NCBI GenBank assembly: GCA_951406725.2
Contig: OX597819.1
Coordinates: 67,580,001-67,644,000 of the forward strand
Direction of reading: 5' to 3'
Source of the DNA: Octopus vulgaris
Lineage: Eukaryota
DNA: 64,000 nucleotides
The first letter of the stretch is position 1. Every line of letters begins with the position of its first letter. The translations under genes were made by a program, and so were the position numbers. Shown here piece after piece: positions 1 to 12,400 of the stretch. The notes under the pieces were generated by a model. That model ran no database searches and had not been told where the DNA came from. It saw nothing but the letters and a program-made list of their open reading frames with translations.

Positions 1-52
1 ACTGACATGTTTTTTATAAAATTATTTTACCAATATATACCTTAGCATTTTC

Positions 53-95
<43 letters not shown>

Positions 96-575
96 GCACA
101 TATTTCAACTGCTAAAGGCAAATACACTGCAATTATCATGGAAAATCTCTCTTATTGTTAAAAGGTGTGAAAAAACCCCGTTCGACCAGTCGCCCTCTCG
201 GGAAACTGAGCAATATATTGACAAACATTTGAACTAACGTAAATTGTGAACATACGTAAACACTGCTTGGCCCATTTACTCCAATATTTTTCTCGATCGG
301 GCGATCTACCATCGTAAATCAGTCAATGTGTTGGCTGAATTATATATAAGCTAAAAGCTTTGTCAGTTCCTTCAGGGTTGCCCCTCCTACTTACATCTCG
401 TTTGATTGCTGTTGCTTGTGTGAGTTTATTGTTATTGCACCATTTTTTACACTTTTTATACTCGTTGGATTTAAACTGCTATCGTTTAGTGAACGGTAAT
501 TTTCGCCCTACTGGACAGAAAATTCTGCTTTGGTGATAATTAATTCTATAGAACGGTTTTTTCTGATTACACCGT

Positions 576-983
576 TTGATCCCGTTGCATGGTAAAATAT
601 TAATTTTTGTCATTGCCGACAAGATAACGGAAGAAGTAAATCCAGCAGGATATGATGCAACGTGGATGGTGGCAGCTGTGATCTGTGATGTAAAGGAAGA
701 GATGGTAATACTAGAAATGAAGAGGGAGGCAGTAAATTGGAGAGGGGGAGAGACCCTCGAAATGTTGGGGCAAGCTTTGAATGAAGTGTTGGAAACGCTG
801 CCAGATAAGGTTTTCATAAGGGAGGGACTGAGCGTCAGATTTGCGATTGAGGGATGTAGGCCTCGGTTCTTCAAGTGTGGAGAAAAGGGATACGTCCGCT
901 TGGAATGCGAAAAGCAAAAGAAAGGAAACAAGACTGAAGCCCCTCCTCAAAAGGAAAAAGAAAAAAAAACTGACAAACAATAA
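576..983 (+). mobile_element. Degenerate ORF1 (gag-like zinc knuckle) fragment of an L1/Tx1-type non-LTR retrotransposon
   Basis: IEGCRPRFFKCGEKGYVRLEC is a decayed CX2CX4HX4C knuckle preceded by the EG.rp motif, followed by a Lys/Glu-rich tract. Confidence 0.6.
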
Positions 984-1379
984 GAAAGGGGAGAAAAAGA
1001 AACAGAAGTAGTTGAGGGAAAGAAGACAAAGAGAAACAAAATACCCAAGAGACAAAATCAGGAAATATAATTCTAGTGGCGGAAGAGGACAAGGAGTTTA
1101 CGACGCTCATATCACACAAAAGAAAGAAGTCCCAAGCCCTGTGTCCCCCTCCCCAGACAAAGTAAAACAAGGATAAACACTACAAACACACAGGAAATAA
1201 TTCCCCAATCTACCTTCAAGTACGATTGAAGGAAAGGAGAAGATGCAAAAAGGCTGTTCCCCAGCATTTCGCCCGGTTGTTCAGGGAGAGCGACGCGCTG
1301 GGTCGTAAAAGGCCCTAAAGTACTTGCTCGCCGGTGGACCGCCACACTCGGCATGGGAGGCGGAATGCTGCGAAGGGCC

Positions 1380-1775
1380 GATTAAAGCTGCGGAGATCGA
1401 AGAGGTAACAATATGAGCATCTCTGACCCCGAGCAGTAGATATATAGGAGCATTATAGCCACGTGTTGAGAGCTGTTATTTGGGTTTTCAATTATCACAT
1501 CTGTAGGCGTAGGGCTTTTTTCAATCATCCTTAAAACAAAACTTATTTAGAGTCCTTGTAATTGGGATGGGCCAAACGACCTGAAGAAAATTCTAACTGG
1601 GCCCCGCTTGCAAGGTCATGCGTCGTTTTTCTTGATATGTCGGGGACATATGTTATTGATGCTTGTGCTCGATTTACCCTTATCAAACGAGTAAACATGT
1701 TGGGTATATTTGGGTTTCGTATAATTGTAACCCAGTGTCACGCAGATGGCATGCGCTGCACATTCACCAATTAAT
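1380..1775 (+). mobile_element. Diverged copy of the (AAT)n-associated non-coding element (same family as 56835-57332)
   Basis: Shares gacctgaagaaaattctaactgggcccc..gcaaggtcatgcg and gatggcatgcgctg with the 57 kb copy and ends in aataataat. Confidence 0.6.
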
Positions 1776-1794
1776 AATAATAACAATCGTTCCT

Positions 1795-2182
1795 ACTTGA
1801 AGCACAAGGACTCGTATTTGAGGGGAAGGGACACGTCGTTTATATCGGCCCTAGTACTAAAGTGGTTTTTAATTTATCGACTCGGAAAGGGTGAAAAGTA
1901 TAGTCGAAGTCGGGGAGCAAAAGTAGCAGACGAAATACCGCTAAGCATTTCGCCTGTCGTGATAACGACTCTGTGAGCTCACCGCTGTAATAATAATAAT
2001 GACAGTATTAAGGAGGGGTTATATTCGATTCCATCGACCTCAGTACGTAACTTGTTTAATCGACCCTGAAAGGATGAAAGACAAAGTCGACCTTGGCGGA
2101 ATTTGGACTAAAAACGTAGCCACGGGCGTAACGCTGCTAATCATTTCGTTCAGCATGCTAACGATACTGCCAGCCCACCGCC

Positions 2183-2183
<1 letters not shown>
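1795..2183 (-). mobile_element. Two tandem Nin-domain tRNA-type SINE copies
   Basis: Reverse complement of the gtcgactttgcctttcatcctttcggggtcgat core and of the ggcggtgagctggcag head. Confidence 0.7.
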
Positions 2184-2239
<56 letters not shown>

Positions 2240-2300
2240 TAATAATAATAATAACAATAATAATAATAATAATAATAATGATAATAATAATGACACTGAC

Positions 2301-2365
<65 letters not shown>

Positions 2366-2480
2366 TAACACCAAAAGCAATAACAGTAATAATAATAATA
2401 ACATTAATAATAACAAGAGCAACAACAAGAATATTAATGATAATAACAACAATAACAACAATAATAGATATAATGATAAT
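2184..2480. repeat. (AAT)n microsatellite, degenerate distally
   Basis: Directly visible. Confidence 0.95.
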
Positions 2481-3022
2481 ATAAACGAAGCCATGACAAA
2501 GTGGCAAAAATGATCCATTGGACCCTCTGTGGAAATCACGGCCAACAAATAGAAAAGACATGGTGTAAGAAAACCTTGAGAAGGAGCCACTGAAATGGGA
2601 ATTGCAAAATCCCGTTGGATGTAAATATCCAGTGCGATCACCTGACCAGGCGTAGGAAACTGGACATTGTTGTTGTGAATAAAAAATAAAGAACATGTAT
2701 GATCATCGAAAGAGCATGCCCCGCTAACAAAAGATCAATGTGAAAGAAGAAGAAAAGGTAAATAATTATGACGATTTCAAGTTGGAAATACGAATGTTGT
2801 GTTCAATGAAGTTATACACTTGAAATTATCGGCACTCAACAACCAACATGGCTGAAGAAAATTGGTGCCAACGTGAATGTAAAACACCTACAAAAATTCA
2901 CATAATTTGGAGTAGCAAGAATTCGTCGCAGGCTACATGAGTAAACAAGTATCACCTTAGTCTGCTGGCTGTTGATAGCTGAAACTTTCCATCATACCCA
3001 GAAAGATATGCTGGCAGTTTTC
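2481..3022 (+). mobile_element. Decayed 3' fragment (RLE domain) of an R4/Dong-like retrotransposon
   Basis: Remnants IQCDH..RKLDIVVVN..CMII, KEEEKVNNYDD and a terminal G.ARI.R; flanked by (AAT)n. Confidence 0.6.
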
Positions 3023-3100
<78 letters not shown>

Positions 3101-3107
3101 TACAAGC

Positions 3108-3162
<55 letters not shown>

Positions 3163-3193
3163 GCAATAATAATAATATTAATAATAATAAAAA

Positions 3194-3227
<34 letters not shown>

Positions 3228-3315
3228 GTAAAAACAACAATAATAATAATAATAATAATAACAATAATAATAATAATAACAATAATAATAATTATTATAA
3301 TAATAAAAATAATAA

Positions 3316-3381
<66 letters not shown>
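3023..3381. repeat. (AAT)n microsatellite
   Basis: Directly visible. Confidence 0.95.
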
Positions 3382-3382
<1 letters not shown>

Positions 3383-6162
3383 CTGAGATAAAAGAAAAGC
3401 TGAAGCAAGATATCCTTGCCAAAGCACAAAGGATCCGCCGGTACGAGAAACGCCAGCGCTTCTTTGAACAAAACAAAAAGTTCAAATCCAACCCCAAAAA
3501 GTTCTACCAAGAACTTGACAAAAATAAAAATAAAATAGAAATCACTGCAGCACCAACGGCAGAAGAAGTGGAAGAATTCTGGAGAGAAATATGGTCGGCG
3601 AACGAACAACCAAAAAAAAGAAGTATCAAAACAACAAACTCAGCATCTGAGCAACTTTGGACCCCCATAACAACTGAAGAGGTCACCCAGGCACTGCAAA
3701 GACTAAGCAACTCGAAGGCACCTGGGCATGACAAGATCCCCAACTTCTGGTGGAAATATCTAACAGGAATGCACAAAAAGCTGGCTGAAAACTTTAACAA
3801 CATGCTAGCAGAGCCAGAGACAATGCCCGAATGGCTCACGAAGGAGAAAACCATCTTAATTCCCAAATCAAATGAGACAGCAAAACCAGAAAACTACAGA
3901 CCAATAACCTGTCTCCCTACGATGTACAAGGCATTTACTGCAGTGATATCGCAAAGGTTGAACAAGCACCTAGACGAAAACAAACTGTTTCCAGAAGAGC
4001 AGAAAGGATGCCGCAAAGGCTCATACGGCTGTAAAGATCAACTAATGATCAATAAAACCATAACTGAAGACAGTCACAGAAAGAAGAAAGGCCTCTGTAT
4101 GGCCTGGATCGACTACAAAAAGGCGTTTGATAGCATCCCCCACACATGGATCCTCGAAACACTAGCCATTAACAAAGTAGCACCAACCCTTATAAAATTC
4201 ATAGGGCACTCTATGAATAAATGGCAAACAGTGCTACAGCTCCAAACAAAAGAGGGACTCATGAAAACCAAAGCCATCCCCATTAGAAGAGGAATATTCC
4301 AGGGAGACACTCTCTCTCCACTCCTTTTCTGCGTGGCACTGTCACCTCTATCTGATATGCTAAATAGAACTGGATGCGGATATAAATGTTACGGCAAAAC
4401 GATCAGCCACCTTTTATATATGGATGACCTAAAACTATACGCTGCAAATGACAAACAGCTGGAAACACTATTAAAGACAGTTCATGGATTTACCAAAGAA
4501 ATAGAAATGAAATTTGGATTAGAAAAATGCGCCAAAGTAACCATGAAAAAAGGAAAACTATTTAAGAGTAGTAACATCACACTAGATAAAACCAATGAAA
4601 TAAAAGAATTAGACCAAAGCCAAACTTACAAATACTTAGGAATCCATGAACTAGATAAGACACAACACACACAAATGAAAGAGAAAATAAAAAAAGAATA
4701 TTATAGACGAGTTAGATCAATACTAAAACAGAGCTCAATGCTAAAAACAAGATAATGGGTATTAACACTTTAGCTGTCCCAGTTATAAGTTACAGCTACA
4801 ATATCCTTAACTGGACACTAAATGAACTGACCAAAATAGATAGGAAAACAAGAAAAATAATGACAGGGTCTAGGATGCATCACCCAAAATCTGACATAGA
4901 AAGACTATATATACAACGTATAGAAGGTGGTAGATGTCTTATACAGCTGGAAAACTACTATAAAATAACCACCATAGGACTGCAAAAATATCTACTTCAG
5001 AAGGAAGGAAAACTGATACAAATAGCGGCAAAACACGAGCAAAACAAAAAAACTGTTCTCAGTATTTAAGGAAGCTGACAAATACAAACAAGAAATCATA
5101 CCACCTAATAAACATGAAGAAGAAGAAGAAGAAGAAGAAGAAGAAGAAGAAGAAGATGAAGAAGAAGAAGAAGAAGAAGAAGAAGAAGAAGAAGAAGAAG
5201 AAGAAGAAGAAGAAGAAGAAAATGAAGAAACAACAAAAGCTATAAAACAAATGAAATCCAAACTAAAAATAGAACAGCAACGAACCATGATAAAACGATG
5301 GCAAGAAAAGCCCCTTCATGGTAAATACTGGACTAAACTAAACGCAAAAGAACTAGACAAAGAAAAATCCCAGCAATGGTTGAGAAGCTCAGGACTCAAA
5401 GCAGAGACAGAGGGATTTTTAATTGCAGCACAAGACCAAAGCCTCCCCACCAGAAATTACCAAAAACATGTAATGAAAATAAATATAACAAGTAACTGCA
5501 GAATATGTGGAGATGGACAAGAAACAATAAATCATATTATCTCTGGCTGCCCAGTCCTAGCTAAGAAGGAATATATTCACAGACATGACAGAGTTGGAAC
5601 CTACATACACTGGAAGCTATGCCAACATTATGGAAAAACAACAGAAAAAAGATGGTATAGGCACACACCAGAAAAGGTCACAGAAAACGAGAATGCAACC
5701 ATACTCTGGGATATGCCGATACACACAGATAGAGAAATTAAGGCCAACAAACCAGATATAGTTATCGGAGATCATGAAGAAAAAAAATGCTTTCTAATTG
5801 ATGTATCAATACCGGCAGTTGACAACGTGTCTCTAAAAGAAATGGAGAAACTTTCAAAATACAAAGACCTGGAAATAGAGGTAACCAGAATGTCGAATCT
5901 GAAAACAGAAACAATTCCTATCATAGTAGGTGCATTAGGCATGATAAAAAATATTCAGACAAATACATAACAAAAACACCAGGACTTACAAACACATATA
6001 ACATACAGAAAATTGCACTACTAGGCACTGCACACATCCTACGCAGAACACTTTCCATACAATAACCATCAGATCACCACAACAAATCACAGCACATACC
6101 TAAGGCACACAGAGCTGCGCTCGGTAGTGAAGTGAAAGCACGCTATAAAAATAAAAATACTG
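3382..6162 (+). mobile_element. 5'-truncated R4/Dong-like non-LTR retrotransposon (RT, CCHC finger, restriction-like endonuclease) inserted in (AAT)n; frameshifted
   Basis: RT motifs APGHDKI, NYRPITCL, WIDYKKAFDSIPH, GIFQGDTLSPLLF and LYMDDLKL. C-terminal CRICGDGQETINHIISGC, RHDRV, KPDIV..LIDVSIP and KLSKYKDL. Frameshifts near 4725, 5050 and 5950; (AAT)n on both sides. Confidence 0.93.
5116..5220 (+). repeat. (GAA)n microsatellite inside the retrotransposon ORF (poly-Glu frame)
   Basis: About 35 GAA units in frame with the downstream 5251-5970 ORF. Confidence 0.9.
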
Positions 6163-6181
6163 AATGATAATAATAATAATA

Positions 6182-6852
6182 CTGAACCAACTACATAAAA
6201 TAGAGAATAGACAACACATCAGAAAATGTGGGCAAAATGGTGAAAATGTATGGTATATTACAAGTCAATGTACACCACTAGCCGAGAAAGAATATAAGAG
6301 ACGTCATGACAATATAGAAATGACTGTGCATTGCTGCACTTTGTAACAAGTACGGACTTGACAGATTGGTACGAAAAATTGGTACTAACATAAAGGCATC
6401 ATCAAAAATGATAATGCAATGATTTTATGATTAAGTGTGACCATGAGATAGAGGATAGGAAACCAAACAGTATTAATTGAATAAGAAAGCAATCGATGCT
6501 GGATCATATATATAATATGCCCACCTGACAACAAGATATGCGAAAAGGAAGAAAGAACAGTGGAAATATATAACGGGTTAGCTTGTGAGGTTAAGCAGTT
6601 GTAGTCGATGAAAAGGGTGGTAGTAGTAGCAGTAATTGTCGGAGCCCTGGGAACAGTAAACATCTCGAGAAGTATATGGAACAAATAGGGGCTGCAATAA
6701 GGGTGGAGAACGTGCAGAAAACAGCACTTCTTGGAACCACTCGAATACTCCGGATGGTGCTCGAAAAATAAGAGTTGTTACCTTAGTTCACTTGTAGTGA
6801 ACAGCTGGCCACTGTAGTGCATCTCCAGCATTAGAAGTTGTGCAAATCAATA
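6182..6852 (+). mobile_element. Decayed 3' fragment of a second R4/Dong-like family
   Basis: RKCGQNGENVWYITSQCTPLAEKEYKRRHDN, VIVGALG and QKTALLGT; ends in (AAT)n. Same family as 60760-61070. Confidence 0.75.
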
Positions 6853-6940
<88 letters not shown>

Positions 6941-6944
<4 letters not shown>

Positions 6945-7159
6945 TTCAGACAAATACATAACAAAAACACCAGGACTTACAAACACATATAACATACAGA
7001 AAATTGCACTACTAGGCACTGCACACATCCTACGCAGAACACTTTCCATACAATAACCATCAGAGCATCACAACAAATCACAGCACATACCCAAGGCACA
7101 CAGAGCTGCGCTCGGTAGTGAAGTGAAAGCACGCTATAAAAATAAAAATAAAACTACTG
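6941..7159 (+). mobile_element. Short 3'-terminal copy (about 220 bp) of the 3382-6162 element, in (AAT)n
   Basis: Near-identical to 5950-6162 (IQKIALLGTAHILRRTLSIQ* plus 3' UTR). Confidence 0.9.
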
Positions 7160-7299
7160 AATAATAATAATAATAATAACAACAATAATGAGAAGAAGAA
7201 GAAGAAGAAGAAGAAGAAGAAGAAGAAGAAGAAGAAGAAGAAGAAGAAGAAGAAGAAGAATATCAACAATAACAAAGTTAACAACAACAACAATATTAA

Positions 7300-8215
7300 T
7301 TTCATTTCTGCATCAATTGATTATAAAAAGGCCTTTGATAGCATACCACATTCATGAATCTTGAAGTCACTGGATATCTTCAAAATTTCTTCTGTGATTT
7401 CAAACTTCCTGAAGCACATGTCAGTGTGGAATGTGTATCTCTAATGTATCTCTAATTATACTACTGTATAAATATTAATATCAACTGTAGCATTTTCCAA
7501 GGTGATTCACTTTCCTCTTTAATATTTTGAATAGCCCTTACAAGTGAATTGAAGAGAACAGCGTGTGGGTATAAAGTTAGTGACAAGAAAATAACTCCTC
7601 TACTTGATATGGATGACTTTAAACTATGTGGCAAAGACGATAATGAGCTTAAATGACTAATTACTACGTATTGTGACAGCATTAAATGATGACGTTTGGG
7701 ATGGAATTTGGTCTTGATAAATGTGCCGAGGCCACTTTCCAGAAATGGAATCTGAAGACTTCACATTCTGTGGTAATGGGTGTTGACAAAGTCATCAATG
7801 CATTCGAGCTGTAACAAACTTACAAATACCTCGGAATAAATTAGGTATCTGGCATTCAGCATGCAAGTATGAATGAGAAATTCGGGATGAATGTTACAGT
7901 AGAGTTCGAGCAGTCCTAAAATCCGAGTTAAATGCACATAACAAGGTGTTAGTTATAAATTCATTAACAGTTACAGTTGTTATTAACATTTTCGATGTAT
8001 TGAACTGGAATATGAGCGAAATAAACGAGATTGACAGGAAATAATCATAAGCTGCTAACTTGCAATAAGATACACAATCCAAAGGCAAAGGCAGATCGTC
8101 TTTATCTAGACAAAACTCAAGGAAGTCTAAACCTGATCTGATTTGAAATCTCTTATACAACCATCACAAATGGACTGGCAAACTATCGTGAAACATTTAA
8201 CGAGCGGATGCTAAA
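7300..8215 (+). mobile_element. Heavily decayed RT fragment of an R4/Dong-like element
   Basis: IDYKKAFDSIPH, IFQGDSLS, MDDFKL, MEFGLDKCA and YKYLGI, with many stops. Confidence 0.8.
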
Positions 8216-8763
8216 GCTCGTTGAAATCCACGTCACACATACACACACATACATCCCCTCACACACACACAAACATCCATACACACATATATACCAACAG
8301 ATACAGATACACAAAGACAGATACTCGTGCGCGCGCACACATACACACACATATATATATCAAATATGCAAAAATATTATTAGGATTTCATTAGCTATCA
8401 TGTTTGTTTGGAAGTATCTATATATATACACAGAAAATTATAAGTTCGAACAGGTCATATTTTGGTAGTTTCTAAGGAAATCCTAATAATATTTATGAAC
8501 TTTTTAATAATTTCTCAAGATTTTTTCTGTAAACTGTTTTTAACATTTTCTTATTATTATCAAAGAATGTATATATGTATTGTAATATTTTCTGGCAACC
8601 AGTACCTAACACAACAAAGCTTTTACATGTTACTTTTGACAATCTTTTTCTGAAAAAAGTGAAACCGGTCAAGTGAATAAACATCTTTTGAAATTGCAAT
8701 TTCAAACCTTCTTTCATATATAATTCCACTCGTGCGGTACTTTACGACTTCACTTTGTTATGT

Positions 8764-8830
<67 letters not shown>

Positions 8831-9960
8831 AATGTATAATAAATTGTATAGAATATACCTCGTAGTGCTACATTCACTTGACTTTAGCAAACAACAGTAT
8901 AAGTATATACATATATTTGATATTACAAGCGAATTTTAAAATAAATATTTATTTAAACATTAAATGTCTTTGGCAAAATATTCCGGAATAAAGAGAGTGT
9001 ATGAATGTTAATTAAATATACTATATATTCCTTGACATATATTCAGAATGTATGCTAATATTGTAAGATTCCTTTACTGGAAAAATCATTATAGAAATCT
9101 GAAGGCTATATCTAATGTTTCTATAATTCGCGGCACACTATTTTTTACATCACCTTTTACACATGATGTCACCGTATAGAAAATAGTTTATAACTGTTTG
9201 CCATGTTAATTTTCAGATTTATACCGAGAAACATTTATGTTGATGTTGCTCCCGCGACCCATCTCTCTCTCCCTCTCTTTCTTCCAGCCCTCACTGTCTG
9301 TCTGTCTTTCTCTGACTCTCTCTCTCTCTTTTTTTCACTATCTCTTTCTCTTGACTTTTACAGTTTCTCATTACCCACTTTCACCTGCTTGCTTTTAATC
9401 AGTGTAAACGAAGCGTAGGCAATAGCGATATATGTACAAAATATGTTAAAATTTTCCACAGATATTTTGGTTCCTAGTTCGAGCCGCCTCTATACTCCCT
9501 GCGATTAAATGAATTATACATAATAAATGATATACGTTATCGAGCTTCATGATGAAAAATATCTTCAAATATGTGTTTCTATTGAATAAAACACCACGTT
9601 TTCCTAATTTTCTAGAGTTAATAATTTTCAGAGGAGCCATCTCTTAGTATAAAAGAAAAAAATATTGTTCTGTGTCGTAGTAAATACAATGGATCATTTG
9701 GTTGATTACAGAACCTCCACTGCTTAAATGAATAAAATAGGTAGAAGAAATTGTAGAAGGAACATAGAAGTCTAAAGTGACATAAACGGATATCGTACAT
9801 GTTTCCCCGCCCAAATTATGTATGTACAGAGAGTGGCTGTGTGGTAAGGGTTCAGTCCCACTGCGGGTAACCTTGGTCAAGTGCCACCTACTTTCGCCTC
9901 GAGCCAACCAGAGCCTTGTGAATGGATTTGATAGACAGAAATTTAGAGAATCATGTGGTA

Positions 9961-10029
<69 letters not shown>

Positions 10030-10061
10030 AGGATGAAAAGGAACACACGAGTTGATATATG

Positions 10062-10405
10062 TGAAAAAACTAGTCAAGATAGAAAATGCTAAAGTAATTT
10101 TATAAAGAACATTTCAGTACCGGTTTCAGTCATTTGAGACCTTTTCAACTGTAACGATTAATTAATTAAATTTAGAAAAATTAAAAGAAAAGTTTTTTTA
10201 AAAGAATATTTGTATAGTGTTCAAATATAAGTGGCATTTTCCTTGTTTCTGCCTTTCTCTGTCTCTCTTGTTTATACTTGTGGGTTCGACCTCTTAATTT
10301 AATTATTTACTCGTTACAGTTGGAAACGTTTCAATTGACCGAAACCGGTACTGAAATGTTCTTTATAAAATTATTTTAGCATTTTCTATCTTGATTTGTT
10401 TTTTC

Positions 10406-10406
<1 letters not shown>
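10062..10406. mobile_element. Fold-back element (about 110 bp imperfect inverted arms) with hammerhead-like motifs in both arms
   Basis: Arms 10062-10172 and 10295-10406 are reverse complements; (TA)n on the right. Confidence 0.8.
10115..10151 (-). ncRNA. Putative minimal type-I hammerhead ribozyme, U3-A8 variant
   Basis: CAG-UUGAAAA-GGUC(UCAAAU)GACU-GAAACCGGUA-CUG. Confidence 0.55.
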
Positions 10407-10484
<78 letters not shown>

Positions 10485-10681
10485 CATATATATATAGGGG
10501 CGGGGTCTGAGTGTGTGTATTTGTATTTGCCCTCTCTGTATTTGTTTCTCACCATCGCTTGTCAACCGATCTTGGTGTGTTTACATCCCCTTAACTTAGT
10601 AGTTCGGCAAAAGGAAATTTTGTTCCACTAAAGATGGTGCACCCCCATGGCAGCAGTCAAATGACAGAAATAAATAACAGA

Positions 10682-10762
<81 letters not shown>

Positions 10763-10764
10763 CA

Positions 10765-11063
10765 AAGTTTAAAGGACTGACCACTAAAATTGGACAGTCA
10801 ATATGCTAGATATAGACGTCAAAATCGCTATATTCCACGAAGAATGTGTTCTCAAGAAAAAACTCTGCACAAAACCAAAGGGTAAAAAATAAGCAAGACA
10901 AATGAAAATATACGAAATAAAAAACGATTACCTATGTACCGATTAGTTTCACTTGTTAATGTTTGTGCTGAGTTTTTTCTTGAGAACATATTCTTCGTGG
11001 AAATATCGATTTTGACGTCTATATCTAGCATATTGACTGTCCACTTTTAGTGGTCAGTCCCTT

Positions 11064-11069
<6 letters not shown>
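10765..11069. mobile_element. Fold-back/MITE-like element with about 105 bp inverted arms between (TA)n tracts
   Basis: ggactgaccactaaaa..gaaaaaactctgcacaaa is mirrored by tttgtgctgagttttttc..ttttagtggtcagtcc. Confidence 0.85.
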
Positions 11070-11109
<40 letters not shown>

Positions 11110-11110
<1 letters not shown>

Positions 11111-12400
11111 GAGGGACGTTCAATAAGTAATGCCTCTGACCCACTTGCAGTTGTTTGATCTAGCTGAAATTTTGCATGTGCAATTATTTGTATTTTTATA
11201 GATTACGTGGCAAATTACAGTTCTGAGCTAATTGTGGTTTCCAATTTACAGGTGTTTGAACTGAGTCAAGTGTGAAATGGAGCCTGTTGAGTGTCGAGCA
11301 GTGATCCGGTTTTTGTATTTGAAAGGACGCACACCACAGGAGAATTTTGATGAAATGAAAGTAACTTATGGTGATGATGCCCCATCATATGACCTTGTAA
11401 AACGTTGGCATCGTGAATTCAAACATGGTCGGAACTCTGTGGAAACAGCTCCCAGATCTGGTCACCCCCTCCTGCCATTGATGAGGCATCTGTCCGTCAA
11501 GTTGAGGCTGCCATTTTGGAAGAGCGATGCATAACTATTCGCCAAATAGCCCATGAGGTCAAGATTAGTACCGGGTCTGTGGAAACTATCATTCATGACC
11601 ATTTGCATATGCAAAAGGTGTCTGCCAGATAGATTCCCAGGTTGCTCACACCTTTCCAGAAGCAAGAACGCGTCGAGTGCTCGAGGATGAATTTGGAGAT
11701 GCGCCAAGAAGATGAATCAAAATTTTTCAAAAGACTGATTACACAGGATGAAACCTGGGTCCATCACTATGATTCAGAGACCAAAGCCCAGTTAATGCAG
11801 TGGAAGCACTGTGACGCACCTCCTCCAAAGAAGGCAAGGGTGCAGCCCTCCGCTGGCAAGGTCATGCTCACAGTCTTCTGGGACCAGGACGGAGTAGTGA
11901 TGACAGATTTCCTGGCAAAAAGTACCACTATTACAGGAGCCTATTATGCTTCACTTTTGAGGAAATTAAGAGAAGCTATCAAAATCAAGAGGTGGGGCAA
12001 GATCAGCAAAGGCATCCTCCTCCTGCAGCACAACGCTCCGGTCCACAACTCGCGTGTCGCCAGATCAGAAGCACAGACGTGCTGCTATGAACTCCCCCCC
12101 ATCCCCCCTACGCTCCTGACCTTGCACCCTCTGATTTTCACCTCTTCCCAGCCATGAAGTTGTTTTTGAAAGGAAAGCATTTCACAGATAATGCAGCCTT
12201 GATTTCTAAAGTCACGTCGTGGTTGGAGGACCAAGCTGGGGTCTTCTACAAAAACGGTCTCCATCGCTGCATCAAACGATGGGAGAAATGCGTAACTCTG
12301 GGTGATTCCTATGTCGAAAAAGACTAATAACTGTGCCAAGTTTCGTTGCTCTACTACTATGGGAAGTAGGTTAGGGGCATTACTTATTGAACGCCCCTCG
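11110..12400 (+). mobile_element. Full-length mariner (DD34D) transposon, 1291 bp, inserted in (TA)n; transposase pseudogenised
   Basis: TIRs of about 37 bp: cgagggacgttcaataagtaatgcc / ggggcattacttattgaacgcccctcg. Transposase from ATG 11277 with ITQDETWVHHYD, GKVMLTVFWD, QHNAPVH and YAPDLAPSDFHLF; frameshifts and a stop. Confidence 0.95.

Larger units (their letters stand above)
9830..10680 (+). mobile_element. tRNA-derived SINE (abundant family with a central microsatellite), interrupted by a fold-back element
   Basis: Head gagtggctgtgtggtaag..ggttcagtccc; 3' part cgcttg.caaccgat..ggtgtgttta..ccatggc.gcagtcaaatgac.gaaa. Confidence 0.75.

Noticed and set aside
218-260. UUGACAA..GAACAUACGUA hammerhead-like motif
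   Set aside because: The GAAA is broken and no stem I is evident.
1999-3609. Poly-Ile/Leu/Asn/Tyr ORFs
   Set aside because: (AAT)n microsatellite artefacts; the same applies to the YIYI, CVCV and HTHT ORFs throughout the window.
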